Part shown: piece by piece, positions 14,072-28,101 of the stretch
Position numbering within the stretch: the stretch's first letter is position 1
How the letters are laid out: every line of letters starts with the position of its first letter
Origin: Eledone cirrhosa
Lineage: Eukaryota
Assembly: GCA_964016885.1 (NCBI GenBank)
Contig: OZ024746.1
Coordinates: 40,486,001 to 40,550,000 of the forward strand
Reading direction: 5' to 3'
DNA length: 64,000 nucleotides
Program-made: the position numbers and the translations under genes
Notes under the pieces: model-generated
Seen by the model: only the letters and a program-made list of their open reading frames with translations
What the model was told of the DNA's origin: nothing
The model's database searches: none

Positions 14072-16269
14072 AGAAACAATTATTAATAGTAATAACAATA
14101 TTGCTATAATTAAGTTGAAACTTTACAGAAGGTTGTAAGCTCGATGCAATGGGGGTCACACAGAGCTGATATATACTATTTATAGAAAAAACAAAGGATC
14201 AATGCGTTTTCAAACTAATACGTTTCAGCCAATAGAACTTCATATATATATGTGTGTGTGTGTGTGTGTGCTCTACCGTCGATTTTAATGTATGAGGATC
14301 TAAGCAACCTATTTTGTTTGGATGTTTGTCAGGTATGACATTTTAGTCCTGCCAAGTATTTGCAATCAAGTCCACAGATCATGCAAGGGTGAGCATTACT
14401 ACAATGTCACTGGTATGTTTGATAATGCTTTTCTCCTCCCTCATGCTACTTGTAGCCTATGGATACAACTGGACACAAAGTTCCTGATCCAATACGACAC
14501 CCACACCCACACACCCACACACCACACACAAATGAGAGTGAGAGAGATTGTGGCTCAAAATCTGAGTGCAATGTAGAAGTCAATGTTACTGTTATTTTGT
14601 TCTGATATGCATGTTTATCAGTCATTTGACTGGACCTGATGAAAGTGATAGCATTTTAAAATAGTATTATAGTATTATTTACCTGTATTCTTTGCATGTC
14701 TAGATTGTTGTTGTGATTTAGCCCAACGTTGGTTTAGGTTGCATAGGACTACGCTTGAAAAAAAACATCCAATCTTTTTGTATATTTGGATATAATTTGA
14801 GGAAGATTTGGTTGCTATTTCTAACAGGTTAAATAATAGCTCAGAAACTTCATCAGCTTATTTAGAGATATGTACTTGGAGATGGTGGACATCAGTGTCA
14901 TAAGAGCTTTGTAGGGATATGATGATGATATCGTGAGTATTGTCCAACTGTATTATGTTCTAACTAAAATACTAACACTATTAACACTTGCAAGCAGGGA
15001 AAAGCAGACGTAAAATGATGATGATGATGATGTTTACTTGGTATCTTGCCCTTAATCGATATCTATTCCTTTATATCGTTTTTTTTTTTTTCTCATCTCA
15101 TGTAGAACTTTTGTCTAACATTTTTTTTTATTTTCATTTTCATTTCATTTCATTTCTTTTTCATGAGATTTTAGTACATTGTGTGTGCGTGAAAATTGAT
15201 GTGTGTGTCAAAATATGATGTGTGTGTGCGTGTGTGTATGTTAAAATGCTATCTTCATTAGTTATTACTCACAACAAACCTACAACCTCTGCTATCACCT
15301 ATGAATCAGTTTACTCTAGATATAGATAATTCTTTACAACCCCCTCCCTTTCCATCTCTCTCCTCAGTAACTTAAGTAACCATTCTCACATTGTTTTGTT
15401 CTTTTGTTTGTTTGTTTTCTTTGACTTTTACTGGGAGCTTCCTGTAGACACTGTCATCTGCAGAAATCACTTAGTTCTGCCATATCACATGAATTAATTC
15501 TATTGTGTATTAGTTTCCCCTGAAGCCACATTACAGAAAATTCTGATTAAAACTGACGTGTGTTTCTGTTGCTCTGAGTCCATCGTTGTTTAACCCTTTT
15601 ATTACCATATTTCTAATGAAATACGTTGCATATGTGTATCATAGTTTCAAGCATTCCACAGACATGTGCACCTTTGACATTTACAATACTCTATATTTAC
15701 TATTGTATTCTTATGGTAAAGGCTTTACTTCACATAATTATCTTATACAATATTGAATCTGAGATTTTGATATTATTTATTTTGAGAACAGTACCTTAAC
15801 ATAAGTATTAGTAGCTGGTTATGGCTGGTTTGAACAGAAAGAGGTGAGAATTCTGGCCGGATACAACTGGTTCAGATACTAAAGGGTTACAGTAGTTTTC
15901 AGGGAGATTCAGTGTGACAAGGCCCTTTGAATTACAGGTACAACTCATATTTGCCAGCTGAGTAGACTGAGTAATGTGAAATAAAGTATCTTGTTCAGGC
16001 ACAATGTGCTACCAGGAATCAAACTTACAACCTTACAATGGTGAGCCAAACACTCTAATCACTAAGCCATGAGTCTTCACACTCATATACCTACACTTAA
16101 CAGATTTTAAATAAAGGAAGTATCTAATCTTAGATATAATACACATTTCAGTATTTTCTTAACTACAAATTTAGTTTCTACATCAGTGTTTAAAGATATG
16201 TGGCAATCAAGATAACATATTGAATAAGCATGAACAGACAGCTACTGAGATAGCTGCGACATGATCACA

Positions 16270-16690
16270 GCTTAAAACATATCATCATCATCATCATTAT
16301 TGCAACCACAGTTGAACATTACTGACAAAGTCTCCACAATTCACAATTTCCCATTGCTTCTAGCAACTGCTCCCTCCTGATATCTGCATCATCTCAAAGT
16401 TATTCAATACATGTTCAAGCAGGTCTTCCTCTACTGTGTCTCCCATGAGTTGATTCATTCAATAGTAGCAGTGTATAACTTCCTGCTTACTTCTCCAGCA
16501 GTGACCTGCAAATCTTAACTGTCTTTGAGGAATTGTAGTTATCTTGTGCAAGTTCCCATATAAACTTTCATTTGTAATACGTTGACACCAATTTCTGTTT
16601 TGTACAACCCTAAGCATTTTAGTGTATGCACTATCTAGTTTCTTAAGTGCTTGAGTCATGGTCCATGTACCTGATCCATAAAACATTAAA
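16270..16690 (-). mobile_element. RTE-type LINE 3' end (third family)
   Basis: YGSGTWTMT...LDSAYTKMLR...QLRFAGHCWR; (GAT)n tail. Confidence 0.8.
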
Positions 16691-17839
16691 AGTAAGACTT
16701 ATATATGATATCTTTCTACATAATATACATACATACCTTCATATACACCTCTATTAAGTATGAACAGAATGTGAAATTTTAGTTATAAAGTATAAAATCT
16801 ACTTACATCTATTTCATATTTTTCTAAGAAGGTGATGGGCAACCCTTTTCAAGCAACATGAGATAGGCTACCATCATAAGGTGATCCACAATACAAAAAT
16901 GTTTGCTAGGTGTGTCATTCAGAAAGCCAGATGGGCCACAGTTTTACCCATGACTGATCTAGGATACACAAGTTATAACAATTTCTGTTTTATATGCAAC
17001 TTATAAAATTTGGTTTGATGTTTGCCTTCTATTATACTTCTAAGTGGAACTTTGTAAGAAGCACAGAACCTTTTCATTACCATATTTCTAATGAAATACA
17101 CAATATTTCAAATAATAAATGAAAAATTTTGAGGGATTTACTAAAATAATAATTTTATTATTAAGATTAAGGTGTTTTTTAAATTAGGTTTGAAAATTTT
17201 AATTCAAATAAGAACCATTTAAAATAGGTAGTTTTGTTTCATAAGAACCTGAGGCAGCTTTAGACAGGTTGATATTGAAAGGGTTAAAATCATATTGCTT
17301 TGTATCCTAGCTTGCTTCACTTACATTTAAGCCATCATATTTGCCACCTTCATAGTAGTAACCAGACTAGTGACAAATGAAGAACACTTAACTTTCTAAT
17401 AGCAATGATTTCTACACTGATATACATTATATTGGCCTCTAATTCTTTTAAATATATTAACAAAATTATAGTTCAATCATCATCTATTTTCCATGCTTGC
17501 ATAGGTGAGACAGGTTGTCACACTTTGAGGCTAGACAGGCAGGTATGATGACTGTGTCTTGCTCATGTTTTATTTTGGCATGGTTTCTATGGCTGCATGC
17601 CCTTCCTAATGCCAACCACTTCACGACATGTATTTGGGTTTGTTTTCTCGTTGCACCATCACAACCACCTAACAGGGTAGATTGGATGGTGTTTTTGTGA
17701 CACCAGCACTACCACTTTACATTGCGAACTGTGCATTTTATCATTGCACCAGCACTACTGCATTATAGAATGGGCTAGATACATTTTAATGTGACACTAG
17801 CATTTCCACATTCCAGTGTGGGCTGAGTGCATTTTATTG

Positions 17840-18220
17840 TGGTATCAGTACGACTGCATTTCAACTCTAGACTACTTTGGTTGGGTTGAGAAGACATTGG
17901 TAGGGAGTGGAGGCAAAGAAAGCAAGGTTTGGGCCTGCCTGTTACTATCCCATGAAGGGAGGGGTGAGATGGCCTTAGGGTGACATCTAGCAGAATTCTG
18001 GGGTGAACCTGACTTTTCATGCTAGGCAAGGATGGGGTGGAGTTCTAGAGCAAATTTTGCAGTACGAGTTGTAGAAGAGAACGGAGGAAGGGGGAATCAG
18101 TGTTCGGCCGTAAGGTTGTCTTAGAGAGAGAAAGGGAGTGAAAGAGTTAGCAAGCAGCATCTGCCAGTACAGTGAAGTCTTTGGGTAGGAGTCAGGCATG
18201 CGAATGAGGGGCGGGGAAGA
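17840..18220 (-). mobile_element. Decayed L2/CR1-group LINE 3' fragment
   Basis: GC-richer coding-like tract whose translation (SLRQ...SSVLFYNSY) resembles an L2-type ORF2 C-terminus. Confidence 0.45.
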
Positions 18221-20169
18221 TCAAGTTATCTATTATAAACAGTTTAGAAGACAATTAGCTGCTATGTGTATACATACATGCACTGCTATAACCTTAGCCA
18301 AAATAAAGTTATTAAACAGAGATAGTAATATAATACATCTATCATCATAGAATGATTGATACTCCCACACACACACTTTTTTTCTACAGCCAACTCAGTT
18401 TTATCGAATATATCATAAAGTTTAGAGTTATGAAATATGTTTTCTAACTATTTTTTTTTTATTTCTGATCTAGAAAAAAAAAAGAAAAAAGAGAGATTAT
18501 TAGACAATTATTTAGAGTGCAACTTAAATTTGATTTTCTATTTTTAGATATAAAGCTTAATTTCCAACCTGCTTTGAATGGGTAATTGTGAACCTGACCC
18601 AGAAGCCACAATAGTCAATTCCTAGTTGATGTCATTTAGAGACAGAAATGACGCACACAGCTTACATTAAAATATCTAACAACGCTCTATTATAGCCTTA
18701 ATTCTGGTCAACAAGGTAGCAATAGAGATTGATTTGGATACAAATTAACAACAAGCTGGTCAGCTAGTCTGCTGTGATTCGGAAGTATGGGGAAGTTAGC
18801 GTCAAGTGAGTGTTTCAATCATCTCTTGTCTCTTGTCTTCGCAGCAGGTACAAATTTTGAAATGACCAGTTCTCTTTCAACAACATATAAAGCATCCTAA
18901 TTGTACATTCCTTATTGTGTTCAAAGCAGGCAATACGTTTATATATTACATATGTTATAGCTTACTTCCTTTATGATTAGAAAGCCAGTTAAGTAGAGAC
19001 AAACAACTGTCTTAACTATCATTAAAGCAGAGCACTCAAATTTAAAGGAAATAATTAACTATCATGTTGTGTCATATTTACCTGTCATTCTTTCACTACA
19101 GCTAAACACTTCTAACTATTAACAAAGATTTACATTGCTCCTTTCCAAACGAGATTTAAAATAGCAATGATAAATAGTTTAAGTCTCACACAAACAAATA
19201 AAATTATTGCTAGACAATGGCATTCAATAAACGTAAAGAAATTGATTTAAAGAAAATAAAATTAGCTAATGTTACAAAATTTTAAATTCTAATTTAAATT
19301 TCGAACTTGATTTCCAGAACTTTTAAATGCATTTTGATATAAATTTTTAGATCTTAAATGATATTAAATAAAATAATCACACAACACTAATGTAATATTT
19401 TTTCTATGGAATAATATTACAAAAAAAATCTAACCATGTTAGTTTCATAATGCAAACTTTCAAGAGTAAATTAAATTGTCACCATCATAGTCGTCTTCAT
19501 CATCATCAGTCATAGGCAAATATGTAGCTATACTAACATAGGTACTGTGGTTCTGGTATAAATATCTATAAAATATGTAATATATAAACAGTTCACCCTG
19601 ATAGTTGATAGTGGTGACATCATAAAATGTACCAAGTATATACAGTGAAGTGGTTGGCATTAAGAAGAGCATCTAGTTATAGAAACCATGCAAAAAATGG
19701 AAAGTATAAGCAAGACAGTCACATGACATGTCTAATACATATGGGTATAGAAAATAGATGTAAAACAGTGGTAATCATGACATCCATCCAACCTATGCAA
19801 GCATGGAAAAATGGACATAGAAAAAAGGAAGATGATGATGTACTGCAGATAATTTGCAAAATATCTTAAAGCTATTTAGATATATGTATTGGAATCTAGA
19901 GATATGAGTAATGTAACTTAGAACCTCCCTGAACCTATGTTTAGCTGAGGGTTTTTTTTTTTTTTGTTTTGTTTTTTCAATGTTCACACCTTCCTTCTCC
20001 AGTTTGTTCTGTTTGAGTCCATTTAGCTCTGAAGATACGAGTCACTAATTTAGGAAATCCTGTCAATCTGGCTTACTTAGTTACCTGATCAAATTGCCAG
20101 CTGGCTGATTTCTTAAAGTTAGTGTAGCAGATAGTTAAATCATTACATTTCAGAACTTAAGAAGCATTG

Positions 20170-20570
20170 ATCATTTTTCATTTCTTTTACCATATCCATT
20201 TCTGCTGCCCGACATGTCTATTAAAGTCACTAAGATAAAGTCATTGTCATTTATGGACGTAGTCTACAAGAGAACTTCATAGAAAGTCATTTTGCTCATC
20301 AGACAGTCCTGGTTGTGGGACATAAGCAAAAATAATAGTTACTGTAGCCTTGCCTATGACTAATCTAAGCTTAATTATTCTGTTTCTTACCCTGAACACC
20401 TTAATTATGTTATCTGTCTATTTCTCTGCCAATAGTATGTCCACGCTACCTACTACTTCTGGAACCCAAAAGAATTTATCTGAATTCCACTGTGATATCT
20501 CCATAATTCCCCCTGACCTACCTTTCACTGTACCAACATTGATTGTGGAAGTCCTGAATATTTTTATTTG
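20170..20570 (-). mobile_element. Decayed LINE AP-endonuclease fragment (RTE-type)
   Basis: Minus-strand translation TINVGTVKGRSG...KFFWV...VDILLAEK resembles the N-terminus of an RTE APE domain, with stops. Confidence 0.6.
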
Positions 20571-22753
20571 ATTCAAAGTGTGTTATTGCTGGTTGATGGT
20601 CAAAGGATTCTCACATATGACCAGATGGTTCTGTCTGGCCACTTCACTACTGTTAGTTCTATGTATACAGCTAGGTTTATTCTTTGATTTGTCTTTCATT
20701 ATTTGGCATAATTTTACTAGCTGGAGACCCTTCATATGACCTAGCAATTTACAGCATATATATCAGCTGGATAAGACATAGGATAAATAATAGATCAGAA
20801 ATGCACAAGGTAGAATGATTACTGTAGCGACCCCATGCATCCTTTTACAGACATATAGGCCAGTTAGGGAAGAATAATTCGATCACTTGTTTTATTTTGA
20901 ACTGTTTTAGCTTCGCATCTGAAAAGAGGGTAATAGCTCTGAAATATCATGCTAAAATACAGTCACACATACATTTGCAAACACTGACACATATGCATTC
21001 ATGCACCCTGTATCACATACATACACCATGCGCATATATACTTATTCTCTCTCTCTCTCTCTATCAGTTGTATATGAGCAAGACATGGTCACCTGACCCA
21101 ACTTGCCTCTAATGGGACAACCTGTCTAACCCATGCTAGCGTGGAAAATGGACATTAAACGATGATGATATACACATACACACATATATGTATACACACA
21201 CACATAAAGTGGAGGGCATTGTAATGGAATATGAGAAGTAAAAACAGGTCTGATGATATTGCTAAAGAACATTCTCATTGTTTAGCCCCAGGTTGTCCCT
21301 GATAGAGCAGACCAATGACCATCTTCTTTTAGTAGTATAGCTAATGGTTGGTAAGGAAGAGTGACATGTTTATGTGTATTGTGTTGTGTTATTCCTTAAG
21401 GATTTGGCAGTTATTAGGGTGTTGGATTAAATATTATTCGGTATTTGTTCTGACTTGCTGTGCTCAGGGTTCAAATTTGCTTTTCACCCTTTTAAGGTTG
21501 ATAAAGTACCAGTACAGTAAGGTCGACCCCCCCCCCCCCCCCCATACATACACCACTGTCTCTCTCTTTCTAAGAAGAAATTGGCTGTTCTCTGATCTGG
21601 AAAAGATGAACTCTGCCAAGTTTAAAATACCCAAGATATGCTGTCAGGATGGCACTCCTACAACTCCTGAAGGAGTTAAGGGCTTTTAAATTACATTACA
21701 TTCTCTTTATGCACTTTTGGTTGTTTTTGATGCGGGGGCTTTGATATGGTGCTGCAATCCAGAATCTTTTAGTTTTAACTTTGAGCCCGGGTCTACTTCT
21801 TCCTGTTATTATTATTATTGTTTGGACAGGCAGTGGATTGGCAATGTAGGTGGAAGGTTGGACACCTTGCTTTGCAGCATAGAGTTATGCCCCTTTGCAG
21901 TCTGTGCTCAAATCCTGCCAAGATTAACTTTGCTTTTCATCCTTATGAGGTCAATAAAATAAAGCACCAGTAATGCACTGGGATAATTGCTGGCCTTGTG
22001 TCAAAGGTAGAAGCAATTATTATTGTAAGAACAGTAGATTGGCAGTCATTAAAGTGTTCGGCAAATGCTTAGCAGTATTTGTTCCAATTTTTACATTTTG
22101 AGTTTAAATCACACTAAGGTCAAATTTACCTTCTATCTTTCTGAGGTCAATGAAATAAAGTACCAGTCAAGTACTAAGGTCGATATAATTGACTTTCCTC
22201 TCCCCAAGAATTTTTGGCTTTGTGCTGTCAGGCCAATACATCATCAACGTCTTCAAGTATCACTTGAGGAGGAAGGTAAAAGTAGAGAGGGATGTGTTAC
22301 CCTCTAGTAAATTTTATGAAAGGTTGGTGAGAGTGGTGAATTTGGTATGATTAAATGGGCATATAAACTGTGGCTGTAGGCTAGAGACAAGAACTAGAAC
22401 GCACTGGCCTTGGGTGTGCCAGTGTAATCTAGGGTTATGTGTAGGGTGCCCTAAATCACCCCATGTTGTTGTCACTCACTCCTCCCTACCTCATCTTTGT
22501 AGATTATTTTCTTATTCATCCCAATGCTCAGAGCTAGATTAAAACAACTAGGGGTCCTGGGCAACAAACTATTTGGAACCACAGCATCTGCTCACAAGAA
22601 AGAGTATATGAATGTAGAGCTACACAAAGGATGATGCTAACATTCCAGCAATGATCCATGCCAACCTCTGAAACAGAAGTGACACCCAATGAAAGAGAAA
22701 CATATTTAATAGCAATTATATAATTTGTTTCATAGCTATATTTCAATATATGG

Positions 22754-24062
22754 GTGGATGTTGTTTACCTTGACTTTGCTAAGGCTTTTAATTCTGTGCC
22801 ACACAAAAGATTTATGGCAAAACTCTCTGCAATGGGTGTGAGGGATGATCTTTTCGACTGGTTGAAATCCTTCATTCTCAGCCGAAAAGAAGCAGTCACG
22901 GTTCTAGGACAGCATTCTTCACCATATGAGATGTCATCTGGTGTACCACAGGGATCTGTTCTTGGTCCTCTTTTGTTTGTGGCATATATTAATGACATAG
23001 ATGCCAACTTACAGAATGCCACGGTACTGAAATATGCAGATGACATCAAGCTGTACCTTGAAATCAAAAGGACTGATCCTGAAATTTACAACTCTTTCCT
23101 ACAATCAGACCTGGACACAATGCAGCAATGGATCACAGACTGGCAACTGAAGCTGGCTGTGGACAAGTGTACCACCATGCATTTTGGAAGGAAAAATCCA
23201 GCGTCCACATACTCCCTCCACAACATTGATATCAAAAAGTCCTCAAAGCATGTCTCTAAGATTGCCAAGAAGGCCGAGGGTGCCTTGGCATCACTCAGCA
23301 AGACCTTTGTTAGCCGCTCTCCAGCCATCTATTTAAAACTGTATACAGCTATGGTACGACCACACTTGGAATTCGCATCATCAGTCTGGAACCCCTATCT
23401 TGCTCAGAACATTGACCTCCTGGAAACTGTTCAGAGATGTGCAACCAAGCGCATACCCTCCATCAGACACCTACCATACTCTGAACGCCTTGCTTCCCTG
23501 GGCATGGATTCATTGAAGCTCCGGCGTCTGGCAATGGACTTGGTGAATACCCACAAAGTTTTTAACCATCTCGCCAATTGCAACCCTGAGCACCTCTTTG
23601 ATCTCCATGTGTCTAACACACGTGGACATGCCTACAAGATCAGAAAACAGCACAGCTCCCATGACTTTCGTAGACATTTTTTCACGCTCAGAGTTGCTGA
23701 AGCATGGAACAAACTGCCGAGACACTGCATCCTTTAAGACACTCATGCTTCCCGAAATATGCCAAAACTACACCTGATGTACCCCTTCCATACACATGCA
23801 CACATGAGTGTATCATGACTCGTGCACTGTTCATTTTACTGATGTTTGTGCATTGCCCTATGTACTGTACATGCACTTTTTTGATGAGTTGTGGTGCACC
23901 TGGGCACTGTACACAATATTTCATTATTGTTATTATTATTATATCATGACTCATACACTGTTCATTTTCCTGACATTTGTACATTATTCTATGTACTATA
24001 CATGCACCTTTGATGAGTTGTAGTGCACCTGAGCACTGTACACAATTTCATTATTATTATAC
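22754..24062 (+). mobile_element. CR1-clade LINE, 5'-truncated RT with internal deletion, plus 3' UTR
   Basis: DVVYLDFAKAFNSVPH, SGVPQGSVLGPLLF, KYADDIKL, VRPHLEFASSVWNPY, NTRGHAYK and FFTLRVAEAWNKLP. The usual EKDLGV block is missing. The UTR is internally repetitive and ends in (ATT)n. Confidence 0.93.
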
Positions 24063-26064
24063 ATATTTTTAAAACAAGATTTAGGGACCCTAAGCTGCAA
24101 CCCATTTAGACCATATGCGAATCCAATACTGCTCAAACTAATTTTGTTTGGAGTTTTTTGTACTGTCCCCAACGCCATGGATCATTCTTCTCAATAAAAT
24201 AAATAATTATTATTATAAATCTCAACAAATTCAACTTTTCTCTTCATATGTGGTCGATAAAATAAAGTAGCAGGCCAGTAATGGGGTCGATTTAATCAAC
24301 ATTTCCCACCCCTGAAAGGTTTTTTGTGCCTAAATTAGAAGCTATCAATATCGTTGTTATTATTATTAAGGGAGTCGATAGAGGTGGTAGTTTGGTAGAA
24401 TCATCAGAATATCAGACAAAATATTTTGCCGCATTTAGTTATGGTGGTTTACATTCTGAGTTCAAATCCTACTGAGGTTAATTTTGCTTTTCATTTATCT
24501 GGGGCCAATTTAATCGACTTTTCCTTCCCAACAAATTGTTGGCATTTTGCCTAAATCAGAAATTATTAAGGTCATTTCAGTGAAGTAATCTTTCCTCGCA
24601 AAAATGTCTGGCTTTGTACAAATGTTAGAAATATTATTAAGGGGAAAGCAATGCGTTTCAGAAAGTGTAGAGTGAAATAGTAAATATTTTATACTATTTA
24701 ATTACACCCCTTTAATCCCTTCATTACCATATTACTAGTGAAAAACATTGCTTTTGATTTTCAAATAATTTTTGAGATCAAGATTTTGGAAGGATATATT
24801 AATATAACTGACTTTCTCATTATTAAGTTGGTGTTTGGAGCATAATTTAAGAGAGATTCTTAGATAAATTAAGATGGAAGGTGTTTTAGATGAAATATAA
24901 ACAATTTTGTATCATAGAACCAGGGCATGTTTCAGTCAGTTTGGAAACAAAGAGGTGAATTTCCAAGTTCAACTTTGCCTTTCAACCTTCTGGGGTCGAT
25001 AAAAGTGTATTGTTCAAATACTAGGTTCAATTATATCAACTTGATCTATTCCCAAAATTTGTGGCCTTCTGCCTATCTTTGAAATCATTATTAAGAAGGG
25101 TGGTGGATTGGCAGAATCGGTAGAGCGTCGGACAACATACTTAGCAGCATAGTTACAGCCCTTTACATTCTGAGTTCAAATCCTGCCGAAGTTAGCTTTG
25201 TCTTTCATCTTTATGGAGTCGATAAAATAAAGTACCAGTCATGCACTGGAGTCAATTTAATTGACTTCCCCTCCCCCAAAATTGCTGGTCTTGTGCCTAT
25301 AGTAAAAATCATTATTAAGATGGTGGGTATGGTAAAGGATTGATTGAATTGTTCAAGTATTGGAGAAATGTTTCACAGTATTTGTTCCAATTCTTTACAT
25401 TCTGAGTTCAAGTCCCACTAAGGCCAACTTTGCCTTTTATATTTCCAAAGTTAAAATAAAATACTAGTAAAGTAGTCAATTTAATCAACTTTGGTGGTGG
25501 CAATGGTGGCGCTGCTGTCACCTAGAAGTCTCCACTACAACAGGTTCAACTATATCTCCAACTAAAGAATTGAGTACTATGATATCTTAGAAATTTACTT
25601 TTTATTTTACCATTGAAAATTGGCAATATTCTAAAGCAGTGATCTCAAAATTTATTTTGGTGTAGAACCCTTACAAGATTTCCCCCAAATCAAGGAGACC
25701 TTTCATGTATTTTATTGACAATCTACACCACCCTATTTTTAATAAAACATTAAATATAACAAAAATTGTTTTAGAGAGAGAATATATTCATATTAACTTT
25801 TTCAAGGAAGCCACTTCAGGAAATGCTACGCTACAGCAAGTGGAATTTCCTCCACACTTGAATTAGAAACTACCCATTGATGAAGTCTCAAAAGACCCCT
25901 ATATTATTTTTTTTTAATTCATCTTTAAGATCAAAACAATAATCCATATTATAACTGTACATTTAAGGTTTTCCATTTTGCAAACTTTTCGCCAATCGAT
26001 TATACTGATGTTTGAACTGATGAAATAACAAAGTATGCCAAATCATAAGTCCATTGAATAATAT

Positions 26065-27430
26065 TTAGGGGTTGCACATTTTCAAATCTTTTTATTTATG
26101 ATTTTTTGGGGACCTGGTCTATAGTATATTGCCCTTTCTGTTCACTTTACTATATCCAATGAGGAAACCACACAACAGAATGAAATGAAATGAAATGAAA
26201 ATAAACAGGAGAAATACATTCTAAATACACAATAATTTTTGGGTTAAATAGAGAAACATCTTTTGTGAATGAAATCTATGACCAGGAACGACTTTTTCTA
26301 GATCTCTCGACTCATGTGGTGTAAGCTAAAGTTGTTCTTTGAGCACAACTATCTTTATCACATATATGGCCTTAGCCATCCAACGAGCCTGGTGGTAAGC
26401 TCCAGAGATCTTGGAGAACTTGGGGAGATGGCCAACCAGTAACATAGAGAATGGAGAGCTTTATGAATTTGGCATAGTCTTCTTGGGGATGATCTTCAGA
26501 AAGCAGTACAGTGAGTAGATATTTAACCATCTCCTCCCCTTTTTGCTTGTAAAAATATTCCATGGGCTCATCGTCATCCAGGATAGTTTTATAAGACTTA
26601 GATGGAGTCCCAACATTTCTGGAACTTTTTGAACATTGGGATACTGGGACCAGATGATCGGAAAAAGATCTTGACTTTCTTCAAAACCAGTTCAAGAATG
26701 GGATGGCAGCAACACCAGCCATGAATGAAAACATCCGATCATCCTGCTGTGTCTCAAGAAAAGCTTTGTCTTCAGATGGGACATCCTTTTGTTTGAGAAC
26801 ATCCTGGCTTACAATGTAAAAATTTTTCTCAAGATCACCTTTTCATATCTCACACTTTGTATTTGCTTTGTCAGTCATCCTTGATTTTTTTTTTTTTTTT
26901 TTTTTCTTTTTTCAATCCTTGATATTCCTTATAAAATTTCTTGATTGAACCATAGATGTTTTTGTTTTTTTCTGTTTTGGTAGGGATATTTAGCAAACCT
27001 ATCCTGTTTCTTTTCTGACACACCTCATAACATTTGTTTGTATTGCGTATTATATCTCCAGCTTTATCTATCTCTTATTCTTTCAGTTAATCTTAAATGT
27101 CAATATTTATGCTTTGTTTATATATTGATATCTTCTGTAAATCAAATTAGACACTCAGCTGTCATGGCAGTGTTCAAAACTTTTGGTTTTATCAGTATGG
27201 GCTCTTGAGTATCCTACATAACCTTGGCCATGGGCTAAGCAGGATTAAATGAAATGGAAAAGAAATCTCAATTAATTTGAAATTATATTTTTTTTAAATA
27301 AGTTAATTCATAAAATATTGATATACTCCATAATTTAATTGTATAAAACAGGTATTTGTAGCACAAAACAATACATATATTATAAATATTTTTGGTTATA
27401 AAAAAATGAATTTCTTGCATGTTTTTAGAG
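26065..27430 (-). mobile_element. Decayed, internally deleted DNA transposon (hAT superfamily, hATm/hATx-type transposase relic)
   Basis: Minus-strand blocks EDKAFLETQ, WCCCHPILELVLKKV...SSGPSIPMFKKFQKCW, HPQEDYAKFIKL and GAYHQARWMAKAIYVIKI. Possible terminus ttagggg at 26065. The subterminal 27280-27430 recurs at about 53040-53420, ending in ccctaa. Confidence 0.65.
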
Positions 27431-27514
27431 AAATTGAATATGCTTTCAGTAAGAACAGTTCTGCTACATTAGAAGTTACTTTTGAACCTGGCCAATACCA
27501 AGTATTCTGCTAGT

Positions 27515-27516
<2 letters not shown>

Positions 27517-27580
<64 letters not shown>
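27517..27580. repeat. (AC)n microsatellite downstream of the gene A stop
   Basis: About 32 uninterrupted AC units. Confidence 0.95.
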
Positions 27581-27582
<2 letters not shown>

Positions 27583-27989
27583 TATGTATGAAGGGATGCT
27601 ATATTAAGAAATTCAGACTGGTTCAGTGAAGCACTATCATGGATAAATGAATGTAAATGGCAATGAAATGGATACACATATATTTTCCATGGTTCTTTCA
27701 TTCATGCTCTACAATTATAAATATTAACACTTGTGTCATCATAAATGTGAAACACGTTCTTGTCTATATGTGTATAGACACACACACATATATATATACA
27801 TGACTGTGCAATATAAACAGAAACTATCTGGATACATTCTGTAAAAGAAAATATGAGTAATGTTTCCATTATTCTGTTATAACCAGATAAAAAAGTTTTA
27901 GTATTTTCCCATCCATTTTAGTATTTTGCCTGCTAGATTCATGAAGTTATATACTTCATTAACTATAAACTTGCTTATCTCTTCATTTA

Positions 27990-28101
27990 TCATTCTGTTG
28001 TATTTAATGCAGTGTTATTTGGACTGGTTACCTGGACAGAGGTGTTGAGTTCTGGAACTGATGTGTATTCATTTATTTTTTGGTACTGTTGCCATATAAT
28101 G
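27990..28101 (-). CDS. Gene A terminal coding exon
   Basis: tattttattttgacag|C ATT ATA TGG encodes IIWQQYQKINEYTSVPELNTSVQVTSPNNTALNTTE*. The phase matches, and it aligns with the gene B terminal exon (LMWKQIKQYNDYKEL). Confidence 0.8.

Noticed and set aside
22754-23737. Possible novel RT system (retron or DGR-like) or domesticated RT
   Set aside because: Ordinary CR1 ORF2, 5'-truncated with an internal deletion; its 3' UTR recurs twice elsewhere in the window.
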